64,000 nt of DNA, taken from an uncultured Candidatus Peribacteria bacterium (GTDB lineage: Bacteria; Patescibacteriota; Gracilibacteria; Peribacterales; Peribacteraceae). This document shows, piece after piece, positions 26,401 through 34,670 of this stretch. Location of the stretch: positions 228,961 to 292,960 of the forward strand of contig CAYSPY010000001.1 of NCBI GenBank assembly GCA_964433325.1, in the 5' to 3' direction. The position numbers were made by a program, and so were the translations under genes. Within the stretch, counting starts at the first letter, position 1; the number at the start of each line of letters is the position of its first letter. The notes under the pieces were generated by a model. It did no database searches. It was not told the DNA's origin and saw only the letters and a program-made list of their open reading frames with translations.

Positions 26401-27741
26401 AACTACCCAGACCCTTCGGAACTCGTAGAACGCCATGGTGCTGATGCTATGCGCTTTGCCCTCATGCACTCCCCTGCTGTCCGCGGCGAGGATTTGCGAT
26501 TCTCTGAAAAGACGGTCGAGGAAACACTGCGCACCATGCTGCTACCACTGTGGAACAGCTATAGCTTCTTTGTGACCTACGCAAACTTGGCGAAGTTTGA
26601 ACCCACTACCACACCTATTGCTTCTACGCATCCGCTCGACCGATGGATTTTGGCCGAAGTGCAAGATTTGGCTAATAGAATGACCGATCAGCTTGATGCA
26701 TATGACCTTTCTGCGACCTGTGATGAATTATTTGAAACGATCGATGCTCTCACCAACTGGTACATCCGCCTCTCTCGCCGTCGCTTTGCTGGTAAGGGTG
26801 CTGGAGGCGAGACAGAAGCTTTGGATATCGACGTATCAGATGCGGACAGGACCGATGCGCTCAACACGCTCCACGGGGCATTGCTCACCATCAGCCAGCT
26901 GCTCGCACCATTCTGCCCCTTTGTGACCGAGGCGATCTATTTGAATATCGGAGGCCAGCCACATGGGTCGGTTCACCTTACAAACTGGCCCGCGGTGCGA
27001 AAGCTGAGCAAGGATGAACAGCTTCTGATCGCGAAGAACAGGCTTTTACGTAAGGTGGTCTCGTTAGGGCTCAAGATCCGTTCCGAACGCACCATCAAAG
27101 TACGCACACCTCTTCGCTCAGCATCGTTTGCGTTCCCAGACTCTCTGCTAAAGGCATCCGAATTGAACGAGACTGACCTCGGGCTCCTCAAGCAGGAATT
27201 GAACGTGAAGGAGATCACTATTGCTGCCGACCCCGAAACACTCGGTGAACGTTTTGTCTTGGTCGATGCACGCAAGGCTGGGCCAAAACTCGGCAAACGA
27301 GTGCAAGAAGTGATCCAGGCAGGAAAGCGCGGCGAATTCACCCTTAATGCAGATGGCTCAATTGTTATTTTGGATGAAACCCTCGCTGCAGACGAAGCAG
27401 CCGTCATGTACCGCGGACGTGAAGGAAGTGATGTCGCAGCTGAGTCTGGTGTGGTCGTAAGCCTAGATGTATCTGTGAGCGAGGAATTGCAGATGGAAGG
27501 CGTAGCTCGCGATTTGATCCGTGCAATCCAGAAGCTGCGCAAAGAACAGGGCTATAGCCTGGGTGAGGTTGTCACCATCGGCATCAGCGGAGAGGTACAT
27601 GAGCTTCTAAACCTCTATAAAGCGCTCGTAGAACAGGAGGCGAGTGTGACGATCGGCACACTTGATGCCCACGCGCATGATGTAGTGATCGGTGATACCA
27701 TGGTAAAGATCCACCTCCCTCCAAAACCTGCTCATGGCTGA
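23425..27741 (+). CDS. ileS: Isoleucine--tRNA ligase (type 2) with two inserted histidine-phosphatase domains
   Basis: FYDGPPFATGLPHYGHLL (HIGH), CP1 TTTPWTLPGN, WAISRNRYWGTPLPIW, EVLDCWFESGSMPYAQ, KMSKKLKNYPDP. About 400 extra residues carry two RHG...H phosphatase motif sets (see findings). Confidence 0.9.
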   Translation: MFDAVDPKQSFPELERAILQYWREEDMFRRSIEERAGCEEFSFYDGPPFATGLPHYGHLLAGTIKDVIPRYQTMRGKRVERRFGWDCHGLPVENLIEKEHDIKSKQDIEAMGIGQFNELCRSSVLRYAKEWRTTVERTGRWVDMDWDYRTMDPSYMESIWWVFQSLEKKGLVYEGYKPMHVCPRCVTPLSNFEVTQGYKDVTDQSATVKFELKGEKTPTYLLAWTTTPWTLPGNLFVAVGPDLLYVHVEYENSTYIVAEERAEHVFKDKEYTISGKPFKGSSLIGKTYTPVFLYFADSYPDAFRVVGGDFVSTADGTGLVHIAPGFGEDDFRVGHQEGVDMLQHVTMQGRFVSAVTDFAGEDVKPIDDPSKTDRKVVEWLEKHSKLFSKESYRHSYPHCWRCDSPLLNYATSSWFVKVEDIKGDMLKSNKKTEWVPAHIRDRRFGNWLENARDWAISRNRYWGTPLPIWRTDDASVTQVIGGRDDLFTHCPIRFTKLTAVRHGQAEHNVGHFFQSAIPGVDLTAEGQKQATAAGEHLKGQNVKVIYCSPLNRTQQTAKAIAQATGATVIVDERLREVDVGAHEGTHFNLSDRAVMALKRKKKMQENAPESPYHLDGMEKWTSVQKRIDDFLADILPRHRGDHVVIVTHADPLRSVRHFFTKEDPFKLSHQPEPRFASPEHFFWDHTTQQQMDLHKHRIDDLAWTIPGTGTPVEAVLVRHGETDWNKDGKVHGGNADEPLNEIGKKQAEELAAALKGQVFDCVITSDLKRAKETANILSNSLGLPEPVELDALRERHVGVWSGQKAADLLEQFPPIEEGIVALHHGTPEGGESLSDFLSRMQKAYDEISRTYAGKKILIISHRAVMLGLQSIAGNMNYRDTALLKSANCEPVPCMMYPLLKRIPEVLDCWFESGSMPYAQGNHPFAYQYDQKMYSPKGFPADFIAEGIDQTRGWFYTLTVLSSALYQQPAFHHCVVNGIVLAEDGRKMSKKLKNYPDPSELVERHGADAMRFALMHSPAVRGEDLRFSEKTVEETLRTMLLPLWNSYSFFVTYANLAKFEPTTTPIASTHPLDRWILAEVQDLANRMTDQLDAYDLSATCDELFETIDALTNWYIRLSRRRFAGKGAGGETEALDIDVSDADRTDALNTLHGALLTISQLLAPFCPFVTEAIYLNIGGQPHGSVHLTNWPAVRKLSKDEQLLIAKNRLLRKVVSLGLKIRSERTIKVRTPLRSASFAFPDSLLKASELNETDLGLLKQELNVKEITIAADPETLGERFVLVDARKAGPKLGKRVQEVIQAGKRGEFTLNADGSIVILDETLAADEAAVMYRGREGSDVAAESGVVVSLDVSVSEELQMEGVARDLIRAIQKLRKEQGYSLGEVVTIGISGEVHELLNLYKALVEQEASVTIGTLDAHAHDVVIGDTMVKIHLPPKPAHG

Positions 27742-28129
27742 AGAAGGTCATCTATCGGCCCCAAGTAAACTCCTCCTGCGATTACTTCTTACGATCCTCC
27801 TTGTATATCTATTGAGTACATTTATGGATCGGACTTTTTTCCTATCTGGAGGGCTCCCTGCGTATATCATCATTGGATCTCTTATCACGTTAATGAACTA
27901 TATCGTCCGCCCAGTAGTGAACGTTCTCTTCTTCCCCTTTAAATTGATCTTTGGGATTATCGGGCTCATCGCGGCCAATGGTCTTATCCTCTGGATTACA
28001 CAAAAGATTGCTGAAAGGATGGATTCATCACTCCTTGTCTTGAATATCGACCAAGGAATTGGAGGCTGGCTTCTGTTGGCATTAATCTTAGGACTAGCGA
28101 ACTGGGTGATGAAGGAAGTGATTAGATGA
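27734..28129 (+). CDS. Small membrane protein, phage-holin-4 / DUF360 (YvlD-like) family
   Basis: Four hydrophobic helices. NYIVRPVVNVLFFPFKLIFGIIGLIAANGLILW pattern. Overlaps the ileS stop by 8 nt. Confidence 0.65.
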   Translation: MAEEGHLSAPSKLLLRLLLTILLVYLLSTFMDRTFFLSGGLPAYIIIGSLITLMNYIVRPVVNVLFFPFKLIFGIIGLIAANGLILWITQKIAERMDSSLLVLNIDQGIGGWLLLALILGLANWVMKEVIR

Positions 28130-28201
28130 ATACATAAGTAATACTAGTATTTTGATTTAGGTTAGGGCTATTCATTAATTTGTAATTTTTTATATGTATA
28201 C

Positions 28202-28510
28202 GTTCTTTCTTGTCACCCCGACAAGAAAGAACCAAAGAAGCGCACCGCGCACCAGTACTCCTCCACCCGGCTCTGGCTTCCTTGACGATTCCTCCAAGGT
28301 TTCGGAATCGTCTTCGTCAGCACACGAACAGAGCCTTCCCCTTACACCCCCATGGTGCGCGGAATCCATCTACGAAACGATAAACACATCTACCGGGTGG
28401 GCGTTCGCCGCCACGGCTGGTGGGGGCCTGCGGAGGAGCGGCTTGGCGGCGCGCGCTTTTCTTCGCCACTTCTTTTACGCGTATAAAAGAAGTGGCAATT
28501 CCCGTTCTTT
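28202..28510 (+). ncRNA. Unclassified structured RNA candidate (strand uncertain)
   Basis: GC-rich core 28234-28464 with perfect helices: 28245-54/28353-62 (10 bp), 28269-75/28329-35 (7 bp), 28284-92/28304-12 (9 bp), 28406-12/28445-51 (7 bp), and closing stem 28234-43/28453-64. Flanked by perfect 13-bp hairpins 28202-32 and 28465-96. The overlapping 125-aa ORF has non-protein-like composition. Confidence 0.35.
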
Positions 28511-28719
28511 TATAAAGATTTTGAAGCAAAATCATGTAGCGCCCATGTCATCCCCTTCACTGCCGCATTAACCGGCATTTCATGGAAAGAAGACACAACA
28601 CCGAACTGATCATGTTCCTTCTGCCATCCAAAGACGATAAAGCCGGGAATGCCGAGTTCACGGAGAAACGCTTCGCACTTCACCTGTACCGCATTGTTAT
28701 CAATTGGTTCTGGAGTCAT
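28510..28719 (-). CDS. Hypothetical 69-aa protein
   Basis: ATG-initiated ORF with plausible globular composition. No SD or recognisable motif. Confidence 0.3.
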   Translation of the reverse strand: MTPEPIDNNAVQVKCEAFLRELGIPGFIVFGWQKEHDQFGVVSSFHEMPVNAAVKGMTWALHDFASKSL

Positions 28720-28844
28720 AGCTCAAGTATAGAACGGCAGATAGGTCGATGCACAATCTTATTTGTAAAAAATCCCGAGTTTCTTGGTTGAGTCATCGCG
28801 CTTCGATCGTCATAGTATCCGCTCACCTTTTTCTTCTCCGCCCT

Positions 28845-30086
28845 ATGACGTCTCTTGCCGCCAGTCGCTTTCCTCTGCTCCTCACTGTCTTTTTAGACGT
28901 TGTTGGCCTTGGTATCGCCATTCCAACACTCTCTATTGTGCTGTTAGACCCAGCACAAAGCATTCTTCCTGCAGACGCGACTGATGCTTGGCGAAATATT
29001 TTATACGGACTTTTGATTGCCTCCTATGCAGGCGCTCAATTCCTAGGGGCCCCTGTGCTTGGCGCACTTTCGGACCGCCATGGCCGTAAGAACCTCCTGT
29101 TGGTATCGCTCTTTGGAACAATGGTGGGCTACGTTCTCTTTGCCCTCGGTATCTATTACCGATCCGTTCCCCTCCTCTTTATCAGCCGTCTACTCGATGG
29201 ATTTACTGGCGGCAATATCTCGATTGCCCAGTCTGCGATTGCCGACACATCCACCCCAGAAACAAAGACACGAGACTTTGGACGTATGGGTATGATGTTT
29301 GGTCTCGGGTTCATTCTTGGGCCCTTCATTGGTGGTAAATTGTCTGATACGGATATTTTATCGTGGTTTACGCTCGCAACACCGTATTGGTTTGCAGCCC
29401 TCCTCACCCTGTTTAACATGGTGGTGTTGAGCCTGCTCTTTAGTGAAACACTCAAGACAAAGCTCACGAGTAAGGTAACGGCGCTCACGGGTTTCCGAAA
29501 TTTTGCCAAAGCATTCAGCTTACCAGGCCTACGTGCAGTCTTCGTGATGTCCTTCCTTTTTTCGATCGGATTCACGTTCTTCACCCAATTCTTCAACGTA
29601 TTCTTGATTGAACGCTACAGTTTTGACCAAGGGGATATCGGGAACGTCTTCGGCTTGTTTGGACTCTGTATGGCACTCACCCAGGGCTTACTCGTTCGAC
29701 CAATTGCAAAACGATATAAACCATACCAAATACTCCGTTTCTCGATGCTTGCTCAGGCATTGATCATCCCAACGATGCTGCTCGCATACAGCCCTGCGGT
29801 GCTCTATATGATCATCCCATTCATTTCGATTTTTAACGGTCTTACGTTCCCCAATATGACGGCAATCGTGTCAGACCAAACGGGAGAAGAATCCCAGGGT
29901 GAAGGCTTGGGGCTGAACCAATCTGTGCAATCGATGGGACAAGCATTCCCGCCTATCATTGCTGGTTTTATTGCTGCGGTTCACCCAAATCTGCCGATTC
30001 TCATCGGCAGCGGGTGTATTTTCGTTGCATGGGTGCTGTTTATGGCGCTCTATCGCGAAGGGAAATCTAAGTTACATTCGGCATAG
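28845..30086 (+). CDS. MFS transporter (drug:H+ antiporter / Tet-like)
   Basis: Start moved to ATG 28845 (MTSLAASRFPLLLTVFLDVVGLGIAIP). GALSDRHGRK motif; about 12 hydrophobic helices. Confidence 0.8.
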   Translation: MTSLAASRFPLLLTVFLDVVGLGIAIPTLSIVLLDPAQSILPADATDAWRNILYGLLIASYAGAQFLGAPVLGALSDRHGRKNLLLVSLFGTMVGYVLFALGIYYRSVPLLFISRLLDGFTGGNISIAQSAIADTSTPETKTRDFGRMGMMFGLGFILGPFIGGKLSDTDILSWFTLATPYWFAALLTLFNMVVLSLLFSETLKTKLTSKVTALTGFRNFAKAFSLPGLRAVFVMSFLFSIGFTFFTQFFNVFLIERYSFDQGDIGNVFGLFGLCMALTQGLLVRPIAKRYKPYQILRFSMLAQALIIPTMLLAYSPAVLYMIIPFISIFNGLTFPNMTAIVSDQTGEESQGEGLGLNQSVQSMGQAFPPIIAGFIAAVHPNLPILIGSGCIFVAWVLFMALYREGKSKLHSA

Positions 30087-30107
30087 TTGATCACATTTTT
30101 TGATCAG

Positions 30108-30707
30108 TTATTTCTGCAGTATCTTAGCAAGATTCGCTCCTGCTACGCATCCGACTAGTGGCATAAGGACGAAGATGACAAGTGCGACAATATCCATCTG
30201 CCATGCACCAATACCTAGTGCGACTGCAGGGTTAAGCACGCCTGGGGAACCCATGGTTGCAACAAGCACGCCTGTGAAAAGGGAGAATCCGACTGCAAGA
30301 CCTGCCGCAGCATCTGGCACTTTGCCTTTTACGACCATCGCGACGCCCATAGCAAGGATGGCCGCACCAAGAAATTCGCCTACAGAGCCATCGATAAGGA
30401 CAGCTTCTGGCATAGGGAGACCCGAAAAGGTGCTAAGGGCAAGATATGCCAATAAGCCACCAATCAGCTGAGAAACCATATATTTGCCTGCTTCTGGAGT
30501 CTTGATAGCACCAATGGACCAGAGCCCCGCGGTTACTGCTGGGTTCACATGTGCGCCCGAGACAGGGCCGAGCACATAGACCAAGGTCAAAAGCGTTATA
30601 CCTGCCACTAATGGGGTCGCAACGCTTGTTTGGCCAGATGCACCGACGGCGGCGGCAAGAATAAACGTGCCGATAATTTCACTGAGGTAAGGACGAAATT
30701 TTTTCAT
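30108..30707 (-). CDS. MIP-family channel (aquaporin-like)
   Basis: Two NPA boxes (HVNPAVT and VLNPAVA); six hydrophobic helices; 199 aa. Confidence 0.85.
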   Translation of the reverse strand: MKKFRPYLSEIIGTFILAAAVGASGQTSVATPLVAGITLLTLVYVLGPVSGAHVNPAVTAGLWSIGAIKTPEAGKYMVSQLIGGLLAYLALSTFSGLPMPEAVLIDGSVGEFLGAAILAMGVAMVVKGKVPDAAAGLAVGFSLFTGVLVATMGSPGVLNPAVALGIGAWQMDIVALVIFVLMPLVGCVAGANLAKILQK

Positions 30708-30750
30708 GGGAAGAAAAGGGGGAGAATGAGCACGAGTATACGCGGAGCGA

Positions 30751-31713
30751 ATGTCGGAGACACTTTACATGCCTAAGAAGGATGATATGATGACGTACTT
30801 TCTTTCTTTTACCCCTATGATTCGCTTTATTGTTGGTCTTGGGTTATTTATAACCCCACTGGCATCGGCACATGCCATGTTTATCGAAGACCTCACTCTT
30901 CCTAAAAATGTGCCTGCTGCAGTCACAGAGCAAAAGACTGAAACTGTCACCCCAGCACCTACTGCGACTGAGAGAGAGGCAGAGATGCCTAAGGCGGTTG
31001 TTATGCCTGTAAGTGCACCTTCGAATCTAGCAAATATCCCTGATGGGCTGCTGAGCCGCGCAGCCTTCACTGCCATGCTTGTGCAAAAAATGTATACACA
31101 AGGAGAGATCGACGTCTGCTATTGGACAATCGCCCCAAGCGTACCGCCAAGCTTCACGTTGGTATTCAGTGACGTACAAACAACGGATATGTACGCAAAA
31201 GAACTCTGTGTCGCCATGCGTGATGGACTGATTCGCGGATACGGAGACGGGAGCTTCCGCCCTAACCAAGCAGTGACATTTGCTGAAGCGAGCAAGATTC
31301 TCTCCCGCAGTTACGCCCTTGCACCATACGCTGATGCAGACCAGGTAAGTGCATGGTACTTCCCCTATGTCACCGCCTTGACTGCCAAGAACGCTGTTCC
31401 AACCAATATTGTATCGCTCAACCAAAAGATGACCAAGGCTGACACTGCTGAAATGCTGGATCGCGTCCATAACGGCATTACAAGCCGTCCATCCCAGACA
31501 GCAACAAAGCTGATGCCACCAGCTCCAGTTGCTCAGCCTAAACCTGCAGTAAGTACATCTACGAGTTCTCAGCCGACATCTGGCCAGAGTTCCAGCGCTC
31601 ACTCCTCTACTGTCATCAAATCATCTAAGAAAGGTACGGCCGTTTCATCCGTAGCCTCCGAGACTCCAGCAATGACAAGTTCGAGCAAACGATCCTTGTG
31701 GGACCTCTTCTAA
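30751..31713 (+). CDS. Secreted SLH-domain protein with Ser/Thr/Pro-rich tail
   Basis: Signal-like FIVGLGLFITPLASAHA. SLH-like FSDVQTTDMYAKELCVAMRDGLIRGYGDGSFRPNQAVTFAEASKIL. Start may be a later ATG. Confidence 0.65.
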   Translation: MSETLYMPKKDDMMTYFLSFTPMIRFIVGLGLFITPLASAHAMFIEDLTLPKNVPAAVTEQKTETVTPAPTATEREAEMPKAVVMPVSAPSNLANIPDGLLSRAAFTAMLVQKMYTQGEIDVCYWTIAPSVPPSFTLVFSDVQTTDMYAKELCVAMRDGLIRGYGDGSFRPNQAVTFAEASKILSRSYALAPYADADQVSAWYFPYVTALTAKNAVPTNIVSLNQKMTKADTAEMLDRVHNGITSRPSQTATKLMPPAPVAQPKPAVSTSTSSQPTSGQSSSAHSSTVIKSSKKGTAVSSVASETPAMTSSSKRSLWDLF

Positions 31714-31732
31714 TCTGACTCTTCAATCATGA

Positions 31733-31771
31733 ATGCCACCCTGCGAGTAGCTGCAACGGGTGGCATTTTTT
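31733..31771 (+). terminator. Rho-independent terminator
   Basis: ATGCCACCC/GGGTGGCAT stem followed by TTTTT. Confidence 0.7.
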
Positions 31772-31805
31772 GTATAGCGAGCTTCACACGTGCTACCATC
31801 GAGTA

Positions 31806-32081
31806 ATGACAACCAAGCGCACAACTGATGAAGATGTAACACTCTCAGATTTAGTGGGGAGCACTCTGGCCATTGCTCAGCATGGAATTGACCTGGCCGT
31901 GACGGGGTTATTTAAGCGACTGAAGGAAAGTGGAGAGCCGGCAAAGAAGGCACAACAGAAGAACGGTGTTCTACGTTACGCGGCAGATTTTACCCGCGGC
32001 TTTGTTGGCTTTATTGGTAGTACAGGTGACTCCTACATGGAAACGTACGAACACCTAAAGAAAGACCAGGGGAAGAAATAA
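31806..32081 (+). CDS. Hypothetical 91-aa protein
   Basis: ORF from internal ATG 31806 (MTTKRTTDEDV). No motif. Confidence 0.4.
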   Translation: MTTKRTTDEDVTLSDLVGSTLAIAQHGIDLAVTGLFKRLKESGEPAKKAQQKNGVLRYAADFTRGFVGFIGSTGDSYMETYEHLKKDQGKK

Positions 32082-32130
32082 GGAGCGTTGCACCTAGCGC
32101 TCATGCCCGTCATAATCGGACACGTACCCC

Positions 32131-33138
32131 ATGACCGACCACCCTCAACCCTCCCCCGTCGTCTTTCCATCCGTATCCGTACGACGTAGTTCGTTCGGGA
32201 TCGACGTCCCGAGTATCACCCTAGAGCGTGGGGAGATTATGGGTATTTTCGGCAAGTCTGGATCGGGAAAAACAACCTACATGAAACGAGTACGGGAAAG
32301 CTTTTCACCGGAGCGTGTGCACTACATGTCACAATACGACTGCTTGTTAGAAGAAATTACGATTCGCCAGAATATCGAACTAGGGCTCGCTTGTAGCGAT
32401 AAGCCAGCCAGTAGTTTTAAGAACTGGGAAAAGGATTTTTCCGGGCTACTCCAGGAATTCGAGGTCGATCGTCACCTGCACAAATACCCTCGCATGATGA
32501 GTGGAGGGCAACGAAAGCGTGCCGAGATTGTCCGCTGCTTGATGATGGACCCAGAAATCCTGCTGCTGGATGAGCCATTCCAAGGAATCGGTCATTTGTT
32601 TGAAAGCGTCTCAACCAAATACATCCTGAAGCGTGCAGAAGATAAGCGTGGGGTGACTGCGATTGTCAGCCACGACTTCGACCTACTCTGTCGTTTCAGT
32701 AAAAAAATTCTACTGGTAGACGATAAAGGCGTGATTGAAATGGCCCCCACAAGTGAAAAGGGATGGAAGCCAGGCAACCTCCGTTCGGCTTGGACACTCG
32801 GGGTCGAGAACCTAATCCCTGGGACGCAAGCCCCAAGCATGGTTGAACATGGATCTGCAGGAGACGTAGGGGCTACGCGCATGCTCGCCTTCTGGGGACG
32901 TGGCGCTCGTTGGGCAACGGACGGCGACCATCTTCGCCTAAAAATTAAACGCGCTGATATTGGTTCGCAGCGAACATTCCAACGCCATGGTGAACTCTAT
33001 ACCCAAGTAGAGATGGTTCCAGCGGGGGGTAGCAAGCCGCTTATACTGATTGGTGCAGGGACAGCACACAGTGATGGAGACCTTGCATTATCTGTACATG
33101 AACACTGGGTGATCGAGGATAATGAGAAGAGAGAATAA
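32131..33138 (+). CDS. ABC transporter ATP-binding protein (PotA-like, with C-terminal regulatory domain)
   Basis: Walker A GKSGSGKTT, signature MSGGQRKR, Walker B LLLDEP, plus a C-terminal extension of about 100 aa. Confidence 0.8.
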   Translation: MTDHPQPSPVVFPSVSVRRSSFGIDVPSITLERGEIMGIFGKSGSGKTTYMKRVRESFSPERVHYMSQYDCLLEEITIRQNIELGLACSDKPASSFKNWEKDFSGLLQEFEVDRHLHKYPRMMSGGQRKRAEIVRCLMMDPEILLLDEPFQGIGHLFESVSTKYILKRAEDKRGVTAIVSHDFDLLCRFSKKILLVDDKGVIEMAPTSEKGWKPGNLRSAWTLGVENLIPGTQAPSMVEHGSAGDVGATRMLAFWGRGARWATDGDHLRLKIKRADIGSQRTFQRHGELYTQVEMVPAGGSKPLILIGAGTAHSDGDLALSVHEHWVIEDNEKRE

Positions 33139-33216
33139 ATTATTTATACAGATAAATACACCCATAATTACTAAAAATAGGTGATTGTCCTTTGAAGACT
33201 AGTAAATCCTAGCGGT

Positions 33217-33277
33217 GTCACCCTGAGCCCGACGAAGGGTGAATATAGCGTGTATGGTTCGTCGCGCTCACCATGAC
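33217..33277. repeat. Two-hairpin intergenic palindromic repeat, copy 3 (inverted orientation)
   Basis: GTCACCCTGAGCCCGACGAAGGGTGA ... GTATGGTTCGTCGCGCTCACCATGAC; reverse orientation of copies 1 and 2. Confidence 0.75.
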
Positions 33278-33333
33278 ACGCTCGTCCTAGTCTTGAGAGG
33301 ATATTTACCAAAAATAATTTCATGCATTTCAAA

Positions 33334-33359
33334 AGGAGCCCTTATTGCTAAGGACTCCT
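33334..33359 (-). terminator. Terminator of the solute-binding protein gene
   Basis: AGGAGTCCTTA-GCAA-TAAGGGCTCCT stem (one mismatch), followed by TTTGAAAT on the minus strand. Confidence 0.5.
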
Positions 33360-33405
33360 TTGAATACTTTTTTTACTCTTTTACTACGCACCCGCGGAGG
33401 GGGGG

Positions 33406-34443
33406 CTACTGCTTCACGCTTTCCCATGCCTTGTTGTACATCTCAATGTTCTCGCCAACATCCTGTACGTACTGGAGCTTCTTGAGTACTTCTGGAGATG
33501 GGAAGACTGCAGGGCTCAGGCGTACATCCTGCGTAATGAGGTCAAACGCTTCGGTGTTTGGGTTGCCGTACTGCACCTCGTCCGTGATCGCAGCAGATAC
33601 ATCTGGACGTAGAATGTAGTTGATCCAGATCTGAGCAAGCTCGTTATGAGGAGCGCCCATTGGAATCACCATGCTATCGAGGAACTTAAGACCACCGTAG
33701 GTTGGCAGCATGTAGTTTACTGCTTCGTTTTCTGCCTTCATCTGGAGGCTATCTCCACTATATCCGTAGGAGATCCATGCACCCTCGGTCACCATCAGGT
33801 CCACAGGACTATCGGATGTGAACTTTACGATGTTTGGCACAACCTGTTTAAAGAGGGCCACAGCCTTATCGATATCACTCTGGCTGGTCGTGTTAGGGTC
33901 GAGCCCCAGTTCCATAAGCACAGAGCCAAGGACGTAACGCATGTCATCCATCACTGCGACTTTGCCCTTGTAGGCTGGCTTTGTAAGCTCCTGCCAGCTG
34001 ATAGTTGTACCAGAGTAATACTTGGAGTTCACCGCAAACCCTGCCGTACCGTAGGCATAAGGAACGCTAAGTGAGCTTGTTGGATCGAAGTAGTTATCGC
34101 GGAAGACCTGATCGATATTATCGCCGTTTGTGACAGCCATTTTGTCGATGCGCTCGAGTCCCTGTTCGTTTCGCATAATATCAACCATGTAGTCGGATAC
34201 GACTGCAATGTCGTAGACACCAGGGTTAGCCTTGATGCGTGCAAGAGCCTCTTCATTATTCTTAATAAGCTCGTATGTCACTTTTGCATCGAATTCCTTT
34301 TCGAAATTAGCGATTGTCTCGGGGCCAATGTAGTAATCCCACGACAGCACCGTTAGCTGCTTTTGTTCATTTTGACTGGTCACGTACCAGATGCCTCCGC
34401 CGATAATGGCGATAACAATGATGATTCCCAGAAGTTTCTTCAT
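33406..34443 (-). CDS. ABC transporter substrate-binding protein (spermidine/putrescine PotD-like)
   Basis: Start at ATG 34443 (MKKLLGIIIVIAIIGGG anchor). Length and sequence pattern typical of PotD/PotF-type binding proteins. Confidence 0.75.
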   Translation of the reverse strand: MKKLLGIIIVIAIIGGGIWYVTSQNEQKQLTVLSWDYYIGPETIANFEKEFDAKVTYELIKNNEEALARIKANPGVYDIAVVSDYMVDIMRNEQGLERIDKMAVTNGDNIDQVFRDNYFDPTSSLSVPYAYGTAGFAVNSKYYSGTTISWQELTKPAYKGKVAVMDDMRYVLGSVLMELGLDPNTTSQSDIDKAVALFKQVVPNIVKFTSDSPVDLMVTEGAWISYGYSGDSLQMKAENEAVNYMLPTYGGLKFLDSMVIPMGAPHNELAQIWINYILRPDVSAAITDEVQYGNPNTEAFDLITQDVRLSPAVFPSPEVLKKLQYVQDVGENIEMYNKAWESVKQ

Positions 34444-34518
34444 GGATGGTAGAAAAAGAAATAATTGACAGAATCGTAAACCTGACAAGGTTTATTAGGC
34501 AAGAGGATATCTATGGCG

Positions 34519-34654
34519 AGCTGGTTAGCTGGTCAGCTTGTTAGCTTTTACAAGGAGCTGTTTTCATGTGTGCTAGGTATCACTCGTACGTCTCTCACTC
34601 AGCACACACCAAAACTTCCGCATAGAAGCTAACTAGCTAACAAGCTATAAAGCT
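34519..34654. promoter_or_regulatory. Two arrays of four AGCT motifs at exact 8-nt spacing, mutually inverted, in a divergent promoter region
   Basis: AGCT at 34519, 34527, 34535, 34543 and at 34627, 34635, 34643, 34651. AGCTTGTTAGCT (34535-46) is the reverse complement of AGCTAACAAGCT (34635-46). Inner inverted repeat GTGTGCT/AGCACAC. Confidence 0.5.
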
Positions 34655-34670
34655 AGGTACACTCCGCCTC

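Noticed and set aside
26973-27542. 189-aa minus-strand ORF inside ileS
   Set aside because: An antisense artefact, Ser/Arg-rich, lying within a clearly coding plus-strand frame.
28234-28464. Possible RNase P RNA, SRP RNA, cobalamin or T-box element
   Set aside because: Short resemblances exist: GCGCACCGCGC and CCACCCGG as in RNase P, AAGGAAGCCAGAGCC as in SRP, and GGGTGG as in T-box. The diagnostic motifs are absent on both strands: GGAAAGUCC and ACAGAA.CCGGCUUA for RNase P, GGAA-GGAAGCAGCC for SRP, and the T-box UGGNACCGCG with an overlapping terminator.
28194-28571. 125-aa ORF across the GC-rich spacer
   Set aside because: Low-complexity Ser/Pro/Gly/Arg-rich translation with no SD. The region is better explained by extensive perfect base-pairing (structured RNA candidate).
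30100-30471. 123-aa plus-strand ORF opposite the aquaporin gene
   Set aside because: The minus-strand frame contains two NPA boxes; the plus-strand frame is a Pro/Ala/Thr-rich antisense artefact.
33239-33619. 126-aa plus-strand ORF
   Set aside because: It starts inside palindromic-repeat copy 3 and then runs antisense to the 3' end of the solute-binding protein gene. Its composition is implausible.
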